Shown: piece after piece, positions 28,559 through 40,627 of the stretch | How the letters are laid out: the number at the start of each line of letters is the position of its first letter | How positions within the stretch are numbered: the stretch's first letter is position 1 | From: an uncultured delta proteobacterium | GTDB lineage: Bacteria > Desulfobacterota > Binatia > UBA9968 | DNA length: 64,000 nt | Reading direction: 5' to 3' | NCBI GenBank assembly: GCA_963847445.1 | Contig: CAWJZV010000009.1 | Location: 64,001-128,000, forward strand | Notes under the pieces: model-generated | Databases searched by the model: none | The model's input: the letters and a program-made list of their open reading frames with translations, nothing else | What the model was told of the DNA's origin: nothing | Position numbers and translations under genes: made by a program

Positions 28559-30419
28559 GGTTTGCTCCCGGCGCCTGCACATGCTGTTTTTCGGCGGCCT
28601 GTTTTTGCAGTTCGATGAACTTCTCGAAGACCTGCTTGGCCATCGGCGCCGCCGCTTCACCGCCGTGACCGCCATGCTCGACCAGCACGGCGATGGCGAC
28701 CTGCGGCGACTGCACCGGCGCGTAGGAAACAAACCAGGCATGGTCGCGGGTGAAGCGGCTCAACTGTTCGCTCTTCACATAGCCACCTTTCATTTCGACC
28801 ACCTGGGCGGTGCCGGTCTTGCCGGCCACGTCGATCAGCGGCGAACGCGCCATGCCGCCGGTGCCGCCTTTGACGACATCGGCGAGCGCGTTATGCACGC
28901 GGTTCAGCGTATCCGGTTTCATTTCGATGGTGCGAATCAGCTCGGGGGCGAATTCACGCACGTTGGATCCATCGAGGGATTCGACCTTGCTGACCAAGCG
29001 CGGCCGATAGAGCTTGCCGCCGTTGGCCACCGCGGCCATCATGTTGGCGAGTTGCAACGGCGTCACCGTGACATAACCCTGGCCGATGGCGACCGACAGG
29101 GTTTCGCCGGGAAACCAGGGTTGCCGGTAGCGTTTCATCTTCCACGCAGTGTCGGGAATCATGCCGCCCCGCTCGTCGTCCAAGGCGATGCCAGTCTTCT
29201 CGCCAAGGCCGAAGGCGCGCGCCCATTTGGCGATCTTGTCGACGCCCAGCTTGTTGCCCAACTGGTAATAGTAAGTGTCGCAGGAGATCACCAAGGAATG
29301 ATGTAAATTTACCAAGCCATGACCGCCCTGTTTCCAGTCGCGAAAATTGCGGTTGCCGAAGTGAAAGAAGCCGGGATCGGAAATCTGTGCGTTGGGATCG
29401 ACGACGCCCTCTTCGAGGCCGGCGATGAACATGACGACTTTAAATGTCGATCCCGGTGGAAACTGCCCTTGGGTGGCCCGGTTACTTAACGGCCGCAGCC
29501 GGTCGGTAATCAGAGCATTCCATTCGTTGCCCTTGATGCCGCGGGCGAAAACGTTGGGATCGAAGGCCGGCGTGCTGGCGAGCGCCAAGATCGCCCCCGA
29601 GTTGACATCGATGGCGACGATGGTGCCTTCCTTGCCTTTAAGCGCTTCGAAGGCGGTCTGCTGCATCTGCCGGTCCAAGGTTAAATGCACCGTATAGCCG
29701 GGCACGTCGCTGACTTGGTGCAGCACGCGCACGCGCCGGCCGAGGGCATCGACTTCGACTTGCTGGCCGCCATGTTGACCGCGCAAGACTTCTTCCCAGC
29801 GCCGCTCTAGTCCGGACTGGCCAATCTCATCGCCGATAAGATATCCTTGCTCTTTGTAATTCTTTAATTGACGCTCGTTGATCTCACCCATGTAGCCCAG
29901 GATATGCGCCGTGGTCTCGCCATCGACGTAGTTGCGGCGCGGACGAATACGCAAACTCACGCCGGGCAAATCGAGCTGGTGAGTCTCCACGGCAACCACT
30001 GCGGCCCATTCGATATCCCGGCCCAAGACAATCTCATCGAAGGCCGAGCGGCTCTTGCTGTCTGCGTAAGTCTGCAGCAGTTCGTCAGCGTCCCGCGTGA
30101 GACGACTGGCGAGCACGCGCAATGTCTGCTCGGGCTCCTTGGAGTCTTCCGGAACGAAAATCAGGTCAAATGACGGCCGGCTATCGACCAACAGCTCGCC
30201 ATGGCGATCGTAAATCATGCCGCGGGTGCCGGGAACGCGCTTGAGCCGCACCCGGTTATTCTCGGAGAGGAATGTGTAGCGTTCACCTTGGACCAACTGC
30301 AAGTGGACCAGGCGAGCGATCAAGCCGATGAACACGATAGCGAGCAGCATATAAAGCAAGCTCGCGCGCCGGCGAATCTCCGGAGCGCCATCTTGTTTAT
30401 TGATTTGCAGTGCCGCCAT
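28548..30419 (-). CDS. mrdA: Penicillin-binding protein 2
   Basis: PPGSTFK (SxxK), SCD, KTGTAQ. Confidence 0.95.
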   Translation of the reverse strand: MAALQINKQDGAPEIRRRASLLYMLLAIVFIGLIARLVHLQLVQGERYTFLSENNRVRLKRVPGTRGMIYDRHGELLVDSRPSFDLIFVPEDSKEPEQTLRVLASRLTRDADELLQTYADSKSRSAFDEIVLGRDIEWAAVVAVETHQLDLPGVSLRIRPRRNYVDGETTAHILGYMGEINERQLKNYKEQGYLIGDEIGQSGLERRWEEVLRGQHGGQQVEVDALGRRVRVLHQVSDVPGYTVHLTLDRQMQQTAFEALKGKEGTIVAIDVNSGAILALASTPAFDPNVFARGIKGNEWNALITDRLRPLSNRATQGQFPPGSTFKVVMFIAGLEEGVVDPNAQISDPGFFHFGNRNFRDWKQGGHGLVNLHHSLVISCDTYYYQLGNKLGVDKIAKWARAFGLGEKTGIALDDERGGMIPDTAWKMKRYRQPWFPGETLSVAIGQGYVTVTPLQLANMMAAVANGGKLYRPRLVSKVESLDGSNVREFAPELIRTIEMKPDTLNRVHNALADVVKGGTGGMARSPLIDVAGKTGTAQVVEMKGGYVKSEQLSRFTRDHAWFVSYAPVQSPQVAIAVLVEHGGHGGEAAAPMAKQVFEKFIELQKQAAEKQHVQAPGANRAD

Positions 30420-30424
30420 CTTTT

Positions 30425-30937
30425 TTATGAAGCCGTGGGATTAAATTGCTCGACGAAACTCTGGCCGCGGCGCAACAGTGCGAAAACCAATGGCGCGAGC
30501 AGCGCAGCCAGCAAGGCTTCCCACAGCACGTAGCGAGCCGCGCCGGCCCAGAATCCGTCGACGCTGAGAAAGATCGCCCAGATCACCACCATCGCCGCGC
30601 CTTTGACCAGAGCGGCGAGCAAGACCACCACAGAACTGACGATCGGATGATGCAACCAGATCGAGCGCGCGCACAGATAGACTGCTAAATAGACCAACGA
30701 CATGGCAAAGGCATTAAAACCCAAGATCGGGCTTGACACGGTATCGATGGAATAGCCCAAGAGAAACGATCCGAGCGCCGCCCCAACCGACGGATGATAG
30801 AGTCCCAAATAAACGCATAGGACGAGAATCAAGTCGGGCACCACCGGACCGATCGGCAACAGTTGGAAAAATGTCGTCTGTAAAACCACCAGAAAAATCC
30901 CGGCAAAGAAGAACAACAAGAACAGTTTCATGGGCAC
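30425..30937 (-). CDS. mreD: Rod shape-determining protein MreD
   Basis: Hydrophobic, VPDLILVL. Lies between mreC and mrdA. Confidence 0.88.
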   Translation of the reverse strand: MPMKLFLLFFFAGIFLVVLQTTFFQLLPIGPVVPDLILVLCVYLGLYHPSVGAALGSFLLGYSIDTVSSPILGFNAFAMSLVYLAVYLCARSIWLHHPIVSSVVVLLAALVKGAAMVVIWAIFLSVDGFWAGAARYVLWEALLAALLAPLVFALLRRGQSFVEQFNPTAS

Positions 30938-30963
30938 ATCGTTTAGAGTAGCGAATCGGCCGG

Positions 30964-31797
30964 CTACTTTTTCGCCGCTTCGGTTTCGCCACTGACAACC
31001 AAGACTTCTTCGACAAGCGAAGCCTGTACCGCGGGCAAAACCTCAACGGATTGAAACAGCCCCCGGCTTTGTTTGCGCACCTTGATCACGGTACCGGCTA
31101 ACATGCCTTTCGGGAAAACGTTATCCAAACCTGAGGTCACCAAGCGGTCGCCTTCTTGCACGTCTTCGCTGCGTTTGACGTATTTTAGCACGGTACCGCT
31201 CTCGAGCGAACCGGAAACGATGCCGCGGCTGCGCGTGCGCTGAACCAATACGTCGATACCGCTGTTCGGGTCGGTGAGCAAGAGCACTTTCGCCGTCCGT
31301 CCCGTGACGGAAACAACCTTGCCGATAACTCCCAAAGGCGTCACCACCGCCATCCCCTTACGCACCCCGTCGGCGCTACCCTTATTGAGAACGCAACTTT
31401 GGAACCAACTGGTGGCGCTGGCGGCGATAATCGATGCGGTAATCGCGCCGGCCGGCAACTCGCTGCGAAAATCGAGGAGCTGTTGCAAACGGCGGTTGGT
31501 CGCTTCGGCTTCTAACAGTCGCTGGCGTTCGATTTCGAGAGTTTGGAGCCGCTTTCTCAGCCGCTCGTTTTCGCTGCGAAACCCGGCGAGGGTATCGTAA
31601 TTATCGCGAAATCCCTTGATCCAATTGGCGGTGCCTTGCCCGGCGATCTGCAACGGCCGGAGAATCCACATCAACAGCGCGCCAATCGGTTCGTTCTTGA
31701 TCTGGCCGCGCGCCGACGCGGTTAAGATATAAAGCGAAAGTAGCAGACAGAAACAGGAGCTGAAGAATATTTGGTTCCTACGTAGGAAAGCAAGCAT
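30964..31797 (-). CDS. mreC: Rod shape-determining protein MreC
   Basis: TM, coiled coil, NKGSADGV, VTSGLDNVFPKG. Confidence 0.93.
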   Translation of the reverse strand: MLAFLRRNQIFFSSCFCLLLSLYILTASARGQIKNEPIGALLMWILRPLQIAGQGTANWIKGFRDNYDTLAGFRSENERLRKRLQTLEIERQRLLEAEATNRRLQQLLDFRSELPAGAITASIIAASATSWFQSCVLNKGSADGVRKGMAVVTPLGVIGKVVSVTGRTAKVLLLTDPNSGIDVLVQRTRSRGIVSGSLESGTVLKYVKRSEDVQEGDRLVTSGLDNVFPKGMLAGTVIKVRKQSRGLFQSVEVLPAVQASLVEEVLVVSGETEAAKK

Positions 31798-31843
31798 GGC
31801 AGGCTCGATCATACCCGAAACACGGAATCCATCCGAGCCCGGT

Positions 31844-32929
<1,086 letters not shown>

Positions 32930-33074
32930 TCAGATTTTGACGGAGCTGGCAAGGTAATGATAAATCTATGGAAAAATCGTTTTAATCGAACTCTTACAGG
33001 TTGCATATCCGCAGGCCATTTTTTATCATGCCAAGATTACTTTAAGGTTGTTTTGACGAAAGGATCGACCACCG

Positions 33075-34985
33075 ATGCTCGATTTTCTACGCAAGAGAAA
33101 AAGGAACTGGGCGATCCTCTTCCTGCTCGCGCTCATCATCATCGTTTTCGTAGCTTTTTATGGCGGCAACCAGATGGGCGACCGCACCACCTCGGAAGTG
33201 GCGATGATCAACGGCGAACCGATCAGCCAGCGTGAGTTTGCCGCCGAGTATCAGCGCACGGTCGAGCGTTACCGCGAGATGCTCAAGGGCCAGCTCACCG
33301 AAGAGATGATCAAAGGGCTCAATCTCAAAGGCAACATCGTCGAAACCTTGGTGCAAAAAAAGCTCGTCTTGCAGGAAGCGCAAAGTCTTGGCTTGATGGC
33401 AACCGACGACGACATCGCCCATCAGCTGGCCAAGGTGCCGGAATTCCAAGTCGCCGGCCGCTTCAACAAAGAACGCTACTTGCAGCTGTTGCAAGCCAAC
33501 CGTTTGCAACCGGCCCAGTTCGAAGAAGACCAGCGCGACCAGATCACCTTGCAGCGGCTCTACAGCATCATTCTCGACTCGGTTCAGGTTAGCGACGCCG
33601 AGGTGCGTGAGCGCTACCGGATCGACCAAGAAAAAATCAACCTGCAATTCGTCAAACTATCGGCCCATGACTTCGCATCCCAGGTCAAACTCACCGACGA
33701 AGACAGCCAAAAATTCTACGACCGCAACAAAGAAACTTTTAAAGAACCGCTCAAGATCCAAGTCGAGTATCTGACCTACCCCTTTGAGCAGTTCGCCGCC
33801 GACACCCAAGTCAACGCCAAAGAGATCGAAGAGTATTACCAGAACAATCAGAAAAGCAAATTTCACCGGCCGCGGGAGGCCAAGATCCGTTATCTCGCCC
33901 TCGCCATCGCGCCCACCGCCAGTGCCGAAGAAAAGAAGGCGGTGTTGGCGAAAGCCGAAGCCATCATCAAAGAGGCACGCCGCGGCAAAGACTTCGCTCA
34001 GTTGGCAAAAAAGGATTCCGCCGATCCCACCGCGGCCAAAGGCGGCGATGTCGGCTGGGTCGTCCAAGGCCAGATGCCACCGGCGGTCGATAAATTAATC
34101 TTTGGTATCGGTAAGGGCGATGTTAGCGATCCGGTGGAGACCCCTGGAGGTGTGCAGATTTTCAAGATCGATGACGTGCGCGCGGAAAAAAATCTAACAT
34201 TGAAAGAAGCCACGGCGGAGATCACGCAGATCCTCAAGACCGAACAGGCCAAGAAAGCGGCCGGCAAGGTAGCTGATGATGACCGCGTCAAAGCCCAGGC
34301 GGGCACGGAATTTGCCAAACTCGCGCAAGCCAGCGGCATCGCGGCGAAAGAGACCAAATTATTCGCCGCCGGTGAAATCCTCCCCGAATTCGGCCAGAAC
34401 CAGGATATTTATAAAATCGCTTTCGGCCTCGGACAAAAGGACGTCAGCCAGATCGTCGAAGCCAACAGCGCCTATATTTTTCTCCGGCTCAAACAACGCA
34501 AGGAACCGGTGGTGCCGCCTCTGGAGAGTGTCAAAGAGCAAGTCGAAAAAGGCGCCAAGGAGGCCAAGGCTTACGAACTGACGTTGCAAAAGGGTAATAG
34601 CCTGCTCGATCAGCTGAAGAAGGAAAAAGATCTTGCCAAGCTCGCCGGCGCCAACGATTTGAAAGTCGAAGAGACCGGCTGGTTTCAGCGCAACGCGCCG
34701 CAGCTGCCGAAAATCGGCGATCTCGCCGAGCTGCGCGGCAACAGCCTATCGGTATCGGCGCAGAAGCCGGTGGCCGAGAGGCTTTACACGCAAAAGGATG
34801 CCGCCTACATTTTGGCCTTCAAAGAAAGCCAGCCAGCCGACATGGAACAATTCGAAAAGGAGAAAGTTCTCCTGAAGAAACAAGCCCTGGTGGAAAGCCG
34901 CCAGCGGGCATTAGCCAAGTATCTCGAAAGCCTCAAGGCCAAGGCGAAGATCAATTTTAACAACGATTTCTTGGAAGCGAGCTAA
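33075..34985 (+). CDS. PpiD/SurA-family periplasmic chaperone / peptidyl-prolyl isomerase
   Basis: N-terminal TM, SurA-N-like region (GRFNKERY), parvulin motif FAQLAKKDSAD...GGDVGW. Confidence 0.87.
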   Translation: MLDFLRKRKRNWAILFLLALIIIVFVAFYGGNQMGDRTTSEVAMINGEPISQREFAAEYQRTVERYREMLKGQLTEEMIKGLNLKGNIVETLVQKKLVLQEAQSLGLMATDDDIAHQLAKVPEFQVAGRFNKERYLQLLQANRLQPAQFEEDQRDQITLQRLYSIILDSVQVSDAEVRERYRIDQEKINLQFVKLSAHDFASQVKLTDEDSQKFYDRNKETFKEPLKIQVEYLTYPFEQFAADTQVNAKEIEEYYQNNQKSKFHRPREAKIRYLALAIAPTASAEEKKAVLAKAEAIIKEARRGKDFAQLAKKDSADPTAAKGGDVGWVVQGQMPPAVDKLIFGIGKGDVSDPVETPGGVQIFKIDDVRAEKNLTLKEATAEITQILKTEQAKKAAGKVADDDRVKAQAGTEFAKLAQASGIAAKETKLFAAGEILPEFGQNQDIYKIAFGLGQKDVSQIVEANSAYIFLRLKQRKEPVVPPLESVKEQVEKGAKEAKAYELTLQKGNSLLDQLKKEKDLAKLAGANDLKVEETGWFQRNAPQLPKIGDLAELRGNSLSVSAQKPVAERLYTQKDAAYILAFKESQPADMEQFEKEKVLLKKQALVESRQRALAKYLESLKAKAKINFNNDFLEAS

Positions 34986-35003
34986 GCGCCGCGGTATCCC
35001 AAC

Positions 35004-35637
35004 GTGCAAATCGTCCTCGTGCGCCACGGCGCTACCGATTGGAATCTGCAACATCGCTGCCAAGGTTCGAGCGATCGCGACCTGAGCGACGTTGGGCTTG
35101 CGCCAAGCCGAAGAGATCGCCGCGCAACTGCGCCAGGAAACCATTCACGGTATCTATTCCAGCGACCTGAAACGGGCGCGACGCACCGCTGAAGTCATCA
35201 GTGCGCATCACAGCCTGCCCGTGATAATCGAGGAAAGCATTCGTGAACTCGATCATGGCCACTTGGAAGGACTGACGTTCAACGAGATCAAACAGAACCA
35301 CGGCGAGTTTCTGGCGCGCTGGCGCAGCGAGCCGGCGGAGCTGCAAGTGCCCGGCGGCGAGCGCTTGGCCGATGTCGCCGAGCGCGCCTGGCTGGGGCTC
35401 CATCAGATCGTCACGCGCCATGAGCCGTCAGACACCATCGTCGTCGTCAGCCACAACTTTCCCATCGTCGGCATCGTCTGCCGAATCACGGGAACCCACC
35501 TGAACGAATACCGCAATTTTCATTTAGACCCCTGCGGCATGAGCCGGATTAACCGCAACGGCGATGGCTCCTGGCAGGTGACCCATATCAACGGCGATGA
35601 GTACGCAAAACATCGCGGCCGAGCGATCCCAAACTGA
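35004..35637 (+). CDS. Histidine phosphatase (phosphoglycerate mutase/CobC-like), frameshift near 35102
   Basis: LVRHGATDWN, SSDLKRA, PGGE, VVSH. Confidence 0.87.
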
Positions 35638-35679
35638 CAGAGTACCCACGCCGCGCACCGACGCGCGCGGTTCTGCCTC

Positions 35680-37218
35680 TCATTCACGCTTGGCAATCCA
35701 ACCGATAACAAAGAAAATTACCGCCATCGCGAGGTAGGCGATAAAAAATTCCGGCGCCGCCATCAGTCCAAACCGGCTGGTAATCCCTCCAGCGGTAAGG
35801 TCGTAGGCATGGATGATGCCGAGGGCGGATAACAACGCTGCCGCGACCGACCACACCCCGGCGCGGGCAAACTTTCTCTCGATCAATGCGACGCCGATGG
35901 CGGCAAGAATCATTGAAGTAAAAATGAAGCCGCGCTCCAACGAGATCATGCCGTGGATCGCCACGCTCTCATGGCTGAATTTCGCCAGGCCGACCTGATG
36001 GAGGGATTTCCCCGCGGCGCGTAGTCCGGTCTCAACCATCATCAAACCCCAGCCCGCCAATGCCGGAACCAGTCCCAGCGCCACCGCCGGCGCATGCTCC
36101 TTCGGGGTTTCTTGAAACGATTGGGCGACGATGATGATGCCGATATAGAGCAGGATGCCGATACCCGCCTCTAATGGAATGAGACCGAGCACGGCTTGAA
36201 TCGTCCCGGTGAGACAAAGAAACGCGATAAAAATTCCATTGAGCGAAGAATATCCCGAGCGGGCTCCGAGTCGTTTCCAACCGGGGTGGCCAATGTAGAT
36301 GGTCGTCGGAAACACACTGCCGAACAACGCCGCCACCACCGAACCGATACCGTTGGCCAGCAGCGATGGAAACGTCTGGTAGCGGTCGCCGGCCGCTTCG
36401 GCGCTCTCGATATTCTGGAGCGAGCCAACCACGTTGAAAATTCCCATCGGAAGAATCACCGAGAAGTAATTCAGAAACGCCGGATGGGTGAGCGCTTCCC
36501 ACAGCGAATCGCCGGTAAACGCCGGCAGCGACAACGACCAGTTGACCGTTAACGCCTCACCCTTCATGTTACCCAGCGACCAGCCGAGAATCGTACCGAC
36601 AGCTATCGCGACCATGCCGCCGGGCAGGCCGAGGGGTAATTTCTGGTGCGAAAAGTAAGCGACAAAAATCAACGCCATCGGCACCAGCGCCACCAACGGC
36701 TGGGCAAAAATTTTGAATGTGAAATCCATCGCGATAAAAGTAATCGCTATACCGGACAACGCCGACAGCAACGCCGCCCGCGGCGTCACCCGGCGCACCG
36801 CTTCGGCGACAAACGCGCCGAGGATCTCGATCACGCCGTTGAGAAAGCAAGCGACCAGGCCCACCTTCCACGCCCACACCGGATCTTTGGTCTCTTGCAC
36901 GATCGGCAGCATGATGAAAAAAACGAAGGCAAACAGACTCACGGTATTGATGCCATACGGCAACGCCGTAACGTCTTCCCGACCGCTCTCACGCGCCAGC
37001 CGGCGCGCCTGCCAAGCGTAGAAAAAATTGCCGACGAGAATCGAGATCGCCGCGCCGGGAAGAATCTTGCCAAAAATGTAACTGTCCGGCAGCCGAATCA
37101 GCTCACGGCACAAGCCGACGATGAGAATCAGCTGAATCAAATTGTCGATCATCAGACCAAAGAAACCGTCGAGATCTTTGCGGACAAACCAGGGTGGATT
37201 GGAAAGAGGATGCGCCAT
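35680..37218 (-). CDS. NCS2/AzgA-like permease
   Basis: DLDGFFGL, TALPYG, ESAEAAGD, TTIYIGHPGWK; many TMs. Confidence 0.8.
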   Translation of the reverse strand: MAHPLSNPPWFVRKDLDGFFGLMIDNLIQLILIVGLCRELIRLPDSYIFGKILPGAAISILVGNFFYAWQARRLARESGREDVTALPYGINTVSLFAFVFFIMLPIVQETKDPVWAWKVGLVACFLNGVIEILGAFVAEAVRRVTPRAALLSALSGIAITFIAMDFTFKIFAQPLVALVPMALIFVAYFSHQKLPLGLPGGMVAIAVGTILGWSLGNMKGEALTVNWSLSLPAFTGDSLWEALTHPAFLNYFSVILPMGIFNVVGSLQNIESAEAAGDRYQTFPSLLANGIGSVVAALFGSVFPTTIYIGHPGWKRLGARSGYSSLNGIFIAFLCLTGTIQAVLGLIPLEAGIGILLYIGIIIVAQSFQETPKEHAPAVALGLVPALAGWGLMMVETGLRAAGKSLHQVGLAKFSHESVAIHGMISLERGFIFTSMILAAIGVALIERKFARAGVWSVAAALLSALGIIHAYDLTAGGITSRFGLMAAPEFFIAYLAMAVIFFVIGWIAKRE

Positions 37219-37290
37219 GAGCGAGAAATTCTCCGCTGCAGTTTCGCCGACTGTAGCCGTCGATGCTCGGTGCTGTCAAATCGTATCTAT

Positions 37291-37340
37291 GCAACTGACC
37301 TGGCAACTGACCTGGCAACTCAACTTGGCAACTCAACTTG
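37291..37340. repeat. Tandem repeat 2x GCAACTGACCTG + 2x GCAACTCAACTTG
   Basis: Read directly in the divergent intergenic region. Confidence 0.85.
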
Positions 37341-37376
37341 AATCCCCGAATGATGGACGATAATAGTGGGAAACAG

Positions 37377-38069
37377 ATGTCGACTTTGTTGGTGAAAAAT
37401 ACCGGAAGGTTGGAATACCTCGCCGCCGTTCAATTGCAGGAGCGGCTGGTCTCATTCAAGCAGCAAGCATCCCTTACGGACATACTCCTGCTGGTTGAAC
37501 ATCCCCATGTATACACCCTGGGTCGGGGCGGCAACGCTGCAAACCTGTTGGCGCCGCGGGAGATCCCCGTGCACCGCACCAGCCGCGGCGGCGATGTGAC
37601 CTACCATGGCCCCGGTCAGGTAGTCGTTTATCCGATCATCGATCTGCGCTCGAAGCTACGCAAGGACGTGCACCGTTATGTGCGGAACCTGGAACAAAGC
37701 GCGATCCTAACGCTCGCCGACTTTGGCATCACGACCACCCGGCGCCCGCCGTACACAGGAATCTGGATCGACGACAGAAAGATCGCCGCCATCGGCGTCG
37801 CCGTGCGCCGCGCGATTACCTACCACGGCTTGGCGCTGAATGTGAATACCGATCTAGGCTATTTTCAGCGAATCATTCCCTGCGGCCTGCCCTGGGCCGA
37901 AGTGACTTCGATGCACAAGGAACTCGGCGTCGAACCGAGCTTAGGCGAAGTTCGCGAGCGCTTTCTCCATCATTTCGCCGAAATATTTGGTTATCAAGAT
38001 ATTATCGAGGATACCGAGCAGTCCGGCGGTTTGAACGATTTGAACGGCTTGAACGATTTGAACCCGTGA
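37377..38069 (+). CDS. lipB: Lipoyl(octanoyl) transferase
   Basis: EHPHVYTLGR, RGGDVTYHGPGQ, KIAAIG, HGLALN, PCG. Confidence 0.95.
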   Translation: MSTLLVKNTGRLEYLAAVQLQERLVSFKQQASLTDILLLVEHPHVYTLGRGGNAANLLAPREIPVHRTSRGGDVTYHGPGQVVVYPIIDLRSKLRKDVHRYVRNLEQSAILTLADFGITTTRRPPYTGIWIDDRKIAAIGVAVRRAITYHGLALNVNTDLGYFQRIIPCGLPWAEVTSMHKELGVEPSLGEVRERFLHHFAEIFGYQDIIEDTEQSGGLNDLNGLNDLNP

Positions 38070-38074
38070 ACCCT

Positions 38075-38923
38075 ATGGGTCGAAGACATCCCGACTGGAT
38101 CAAAGTCAAAGCGCCGGGTAATCCCACCTACCTGCGGCTAAAAAAATTAATGCGTGAGAAGAACTTGCACACTGTGTGTGAGGAAGCGCGCTGTCCGAAC
38201 ATCGGCGAATGCTGGGGCAACAAAACCGCGACCTTTTTGATTCTTGGCGACACCTGCACGCGCGGCTGCCGCTTCTGCGCGATAGACAAAGGCAAACCGC
38301 TGGCGCTCGACCCCGAAGAGCCGCGCAACGTCGGTCTCACCGTTAAAGAACTCGGCTTGGACCACATCGTGGTCACATCGGTCAATCGCGACGATCTCAC
38401 CGACGGCGGCGCCGATCATTTCGCCAAGACGGTTTTCTGGATAAAGAATTTGAATCCGGGGATACGCGTGGAATTATTGATTCCCGACTTCGAAGGCAAT
38501 CTCGATGCGCTCAAAACCGTGGTCATTTCCGGTATTCAAATTTTGAATCACAACATCGAAACCGTGCCGCGACTGTACGGCAAGGTCCGGCCGGGACACA
38601 CCTATGAATGTTCGGTAAATATCTTGAAGACCGCCAAAGCAATGCGGCCGGAAGTGTTAACCAAAACGGGCATGATGCTTGGCGTCGGCGAAACTCGCGA
38701 CGAAGTCATGGCGACGCTGCATGAGTTGCGGGAGAATCACGTAGACATCGTCACGCTGGGCCAGTATCTCCAACCCTCGCCCAAACTCTTGAAGGTCGAA
38801 CGTTACTTACATCCAGACGAGTTCATGGAATTCAAAACGGCAGCGGACAAACTTGGCTTCCGCCACGTCGAGTCCGGCCCTCTGGTGCGAAGTTCTTATC
38901 ACGCGTGGAGCCATGTCAATTAG
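38075..38923 (+). CDS. lipA: Lipoyl synthase
   Basis: CEEARCPNIGEC, CTRGCRFC, RSSY. Confidence 0.96.
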   Translation: MGRRHPDWIKVKAPGNPTYLRLKKLMREKNLHTVCEEARCPNIGECWGNKTATFLILGDTCTRGCRFCAIDKGKPLALDPEEPRNVGLTVKELGLDHIVVTSVNRDDLTDGGADHFAKTVFWIKNLNPGIRVELLIPDFEGNLDALKTVVISGIQILNHNIETVPRLYGKVRPGHTYECSVNILKTAKAMRPEVLTKTGMMLGVGETRDEVMATLHELRENHVDIVTLGQYLQPSPKLLKVERYLHPDEFMEFKTAADKLGFRHVESGPLVRSSYHAWSHVN

Positions 38924-38975
38924 GATAACGGTAGGGGCGACCGGCGGTCACCCTTGGTCAAATAAGGAGGTTGCA

Positions 38976-39341
38976 ATGAAAGTATTGCGAATGCGCTCGT
39001 GGAATTTTCACGCGGAGAACTTGGACCAAATGGCCGAGTTCTACCAGCAAGCACTGGGCGCGGAAATAACCGCGCAACAAACCATCGCCGGCGTCAAAGT
39101 TTGCCGTCTGCGTGCTGGTGAAACTGGACTGGGTCTGTTCGATGCCACGGAAAAGCGCGCGCCCGGCGTGCCGCATCACACCTTCGATATTGAAGGACCG
39201 AGCGATGCGCAGGAGCTGATCAAAGAGCTGGAAAGCAAGGCGATCAAAACCGATGGCATGCGCATGCATGGCCAAGGTCCGGGTTACTCGGTTTACGTCA
39301 TTGATCCCGGCGGCAACCGAATCGAGCTTTCCAAAGATTAA
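38976..39341 (+). CDS. VOC/glyoxalase family protein
   Basis: FYQQALG, HHTF, YVIDPGGNRIEL. RBS AAGGAGG. Confidence 0.83.
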   Translation: MKVLRMRSWNFHAENLDQMAEFYQQALGAEITAQQTIAGVKVCRLRAGETGLGLFDATEKRAPGVPHHTFDIEGPSDAQELIKELESKAIKTDGMRMHGQGPGYSVYVIDPGGNRIELSKD

Positions 39342-39443
39342 AACGCGACGTTGCAATTACCAGCTGACGTTGCCGTTCGCCGATTGAATTCAAAGAATAT
39401 CGACTTGACATCGTGGGCGGGATTAGCTAGCGTCGCGCATCCT

Positions 39444-40627
39444 ATGTCTGGCAGAGCTTTTCTGCAAATTCCCGGACCGAGCCTCGTGCCCGAGCGCGTG
39501 GTGCGGGCCATGTCCCAGCCCTTGATCGATCACCGGGGGCCGCAATTCGCGTCTCTTCAGCGCGAAGTCACGGGGGGGCTGAGAGAGATCTTCAAAACGG
39601 TCGAAGGGCGTATTCTTCTCTTTCCCGGCTCAGGCACGGGAGCCTGGGAATGTTGCATTGTCAACACGCTTTCGCCCGGTGAAAAGGTCCTTGGCTGTGT
39701 CAACGGCCATTTCAGCGACCTGTATTGCAAAATCGCGACCGCCCACGGCATCGACGTCGAGCGCTTGGAAGTCGAGTACGGCGTCGGCGTGCCGGCGCAG
39801 CGAATCGAGGAACGGTTGCGCCGCGATCAGCACCGGCAAATCAAAGCGGTGCTGGTGGTTCAAACGGAAACCTCGACCGGGGTCACCAGCAATCTCGCAG
39901 GTATTCGCAAAGCGATCGACGCCGCGGCCCATCCGGCGCTACTCCTGGCCGACGTCGTGAGTTCCCTCGGCTGCAGCGACATGCGTTTCGACGAGTGGAA
40001 GCTGGATGTCGCCCTGACCGCGCCGCAGAAAGGACTCATGCTGCCGCCGGGCATGGCGCTTCTCGCCGTAAGCGACAAAGCGCTTGAAGCGAACCGCTCG
40101 GCCAAATGCGCGCGCTCGTTTTGGGATTGGCGGCCGGTTTTGGAAAGCAACGCCGCCGGCCATTTCCCTTACACTCCGGCAACCGCACTGTTATTCGGTT
40201 TGAGCGAGAGCTTGAAAATACTCTCAGAAGAAGGTCTCCAGAACGTATTTCACCGTCATGCGCGGCTGGCCGAAGCTTGTCGCCGCGCCGTTGAAGCGAT
40301 GCAGCTAAAACTTTTTGCGCGCAATCCCGCAGAGTATTCCAATACGCTGACCGCCGTCACCATGCCCGATGGACTGGACTCCGACACATTCATCGATCAC
40401 ACGCTCAAGCTGGTAAATCTTCCGCTCGGCAAGGGTCTCGGCAAGGTCAAAGGAAAACTTTTTCGCATCGGACACCTCGGCAGTCTCAATGAGCTGGAAC
40501 TCTTAGGCGTTCTCGCCGGAATCGAGATGGCGTTAAAAAGTTTCGGCGTGAAAATCCCCTTGGCGCCGGACTCGCGGCGGCAGAAACTTATCTTCTGGAA
40601 ACCGCAGAAACACGATCGCCGTTATAA
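39444..40627 (+). CDS. Serine/alanine-glyoxylate aminotransferase (class V), frameshift near 40560
   Basis: FLQIPGP, DHRGP, ETSTGV, APQKGL, FRIGHLG. The shifted frame ends GAGLAAAETYLLETAETRSPL*. Confidence 0.9.

Noticed and set aside
28559-28741. N-terminal extension of RodA
   Set aside because: It overlaps mrdA out of frame. Homology starts at the GTG at 28558.
37291-37340. Possible CRISPR array (also considered for the 7-9-nt repeats)
   Set aside because: Units are 13 nt or shorter, have no unique spacers, and no cas genes are present.
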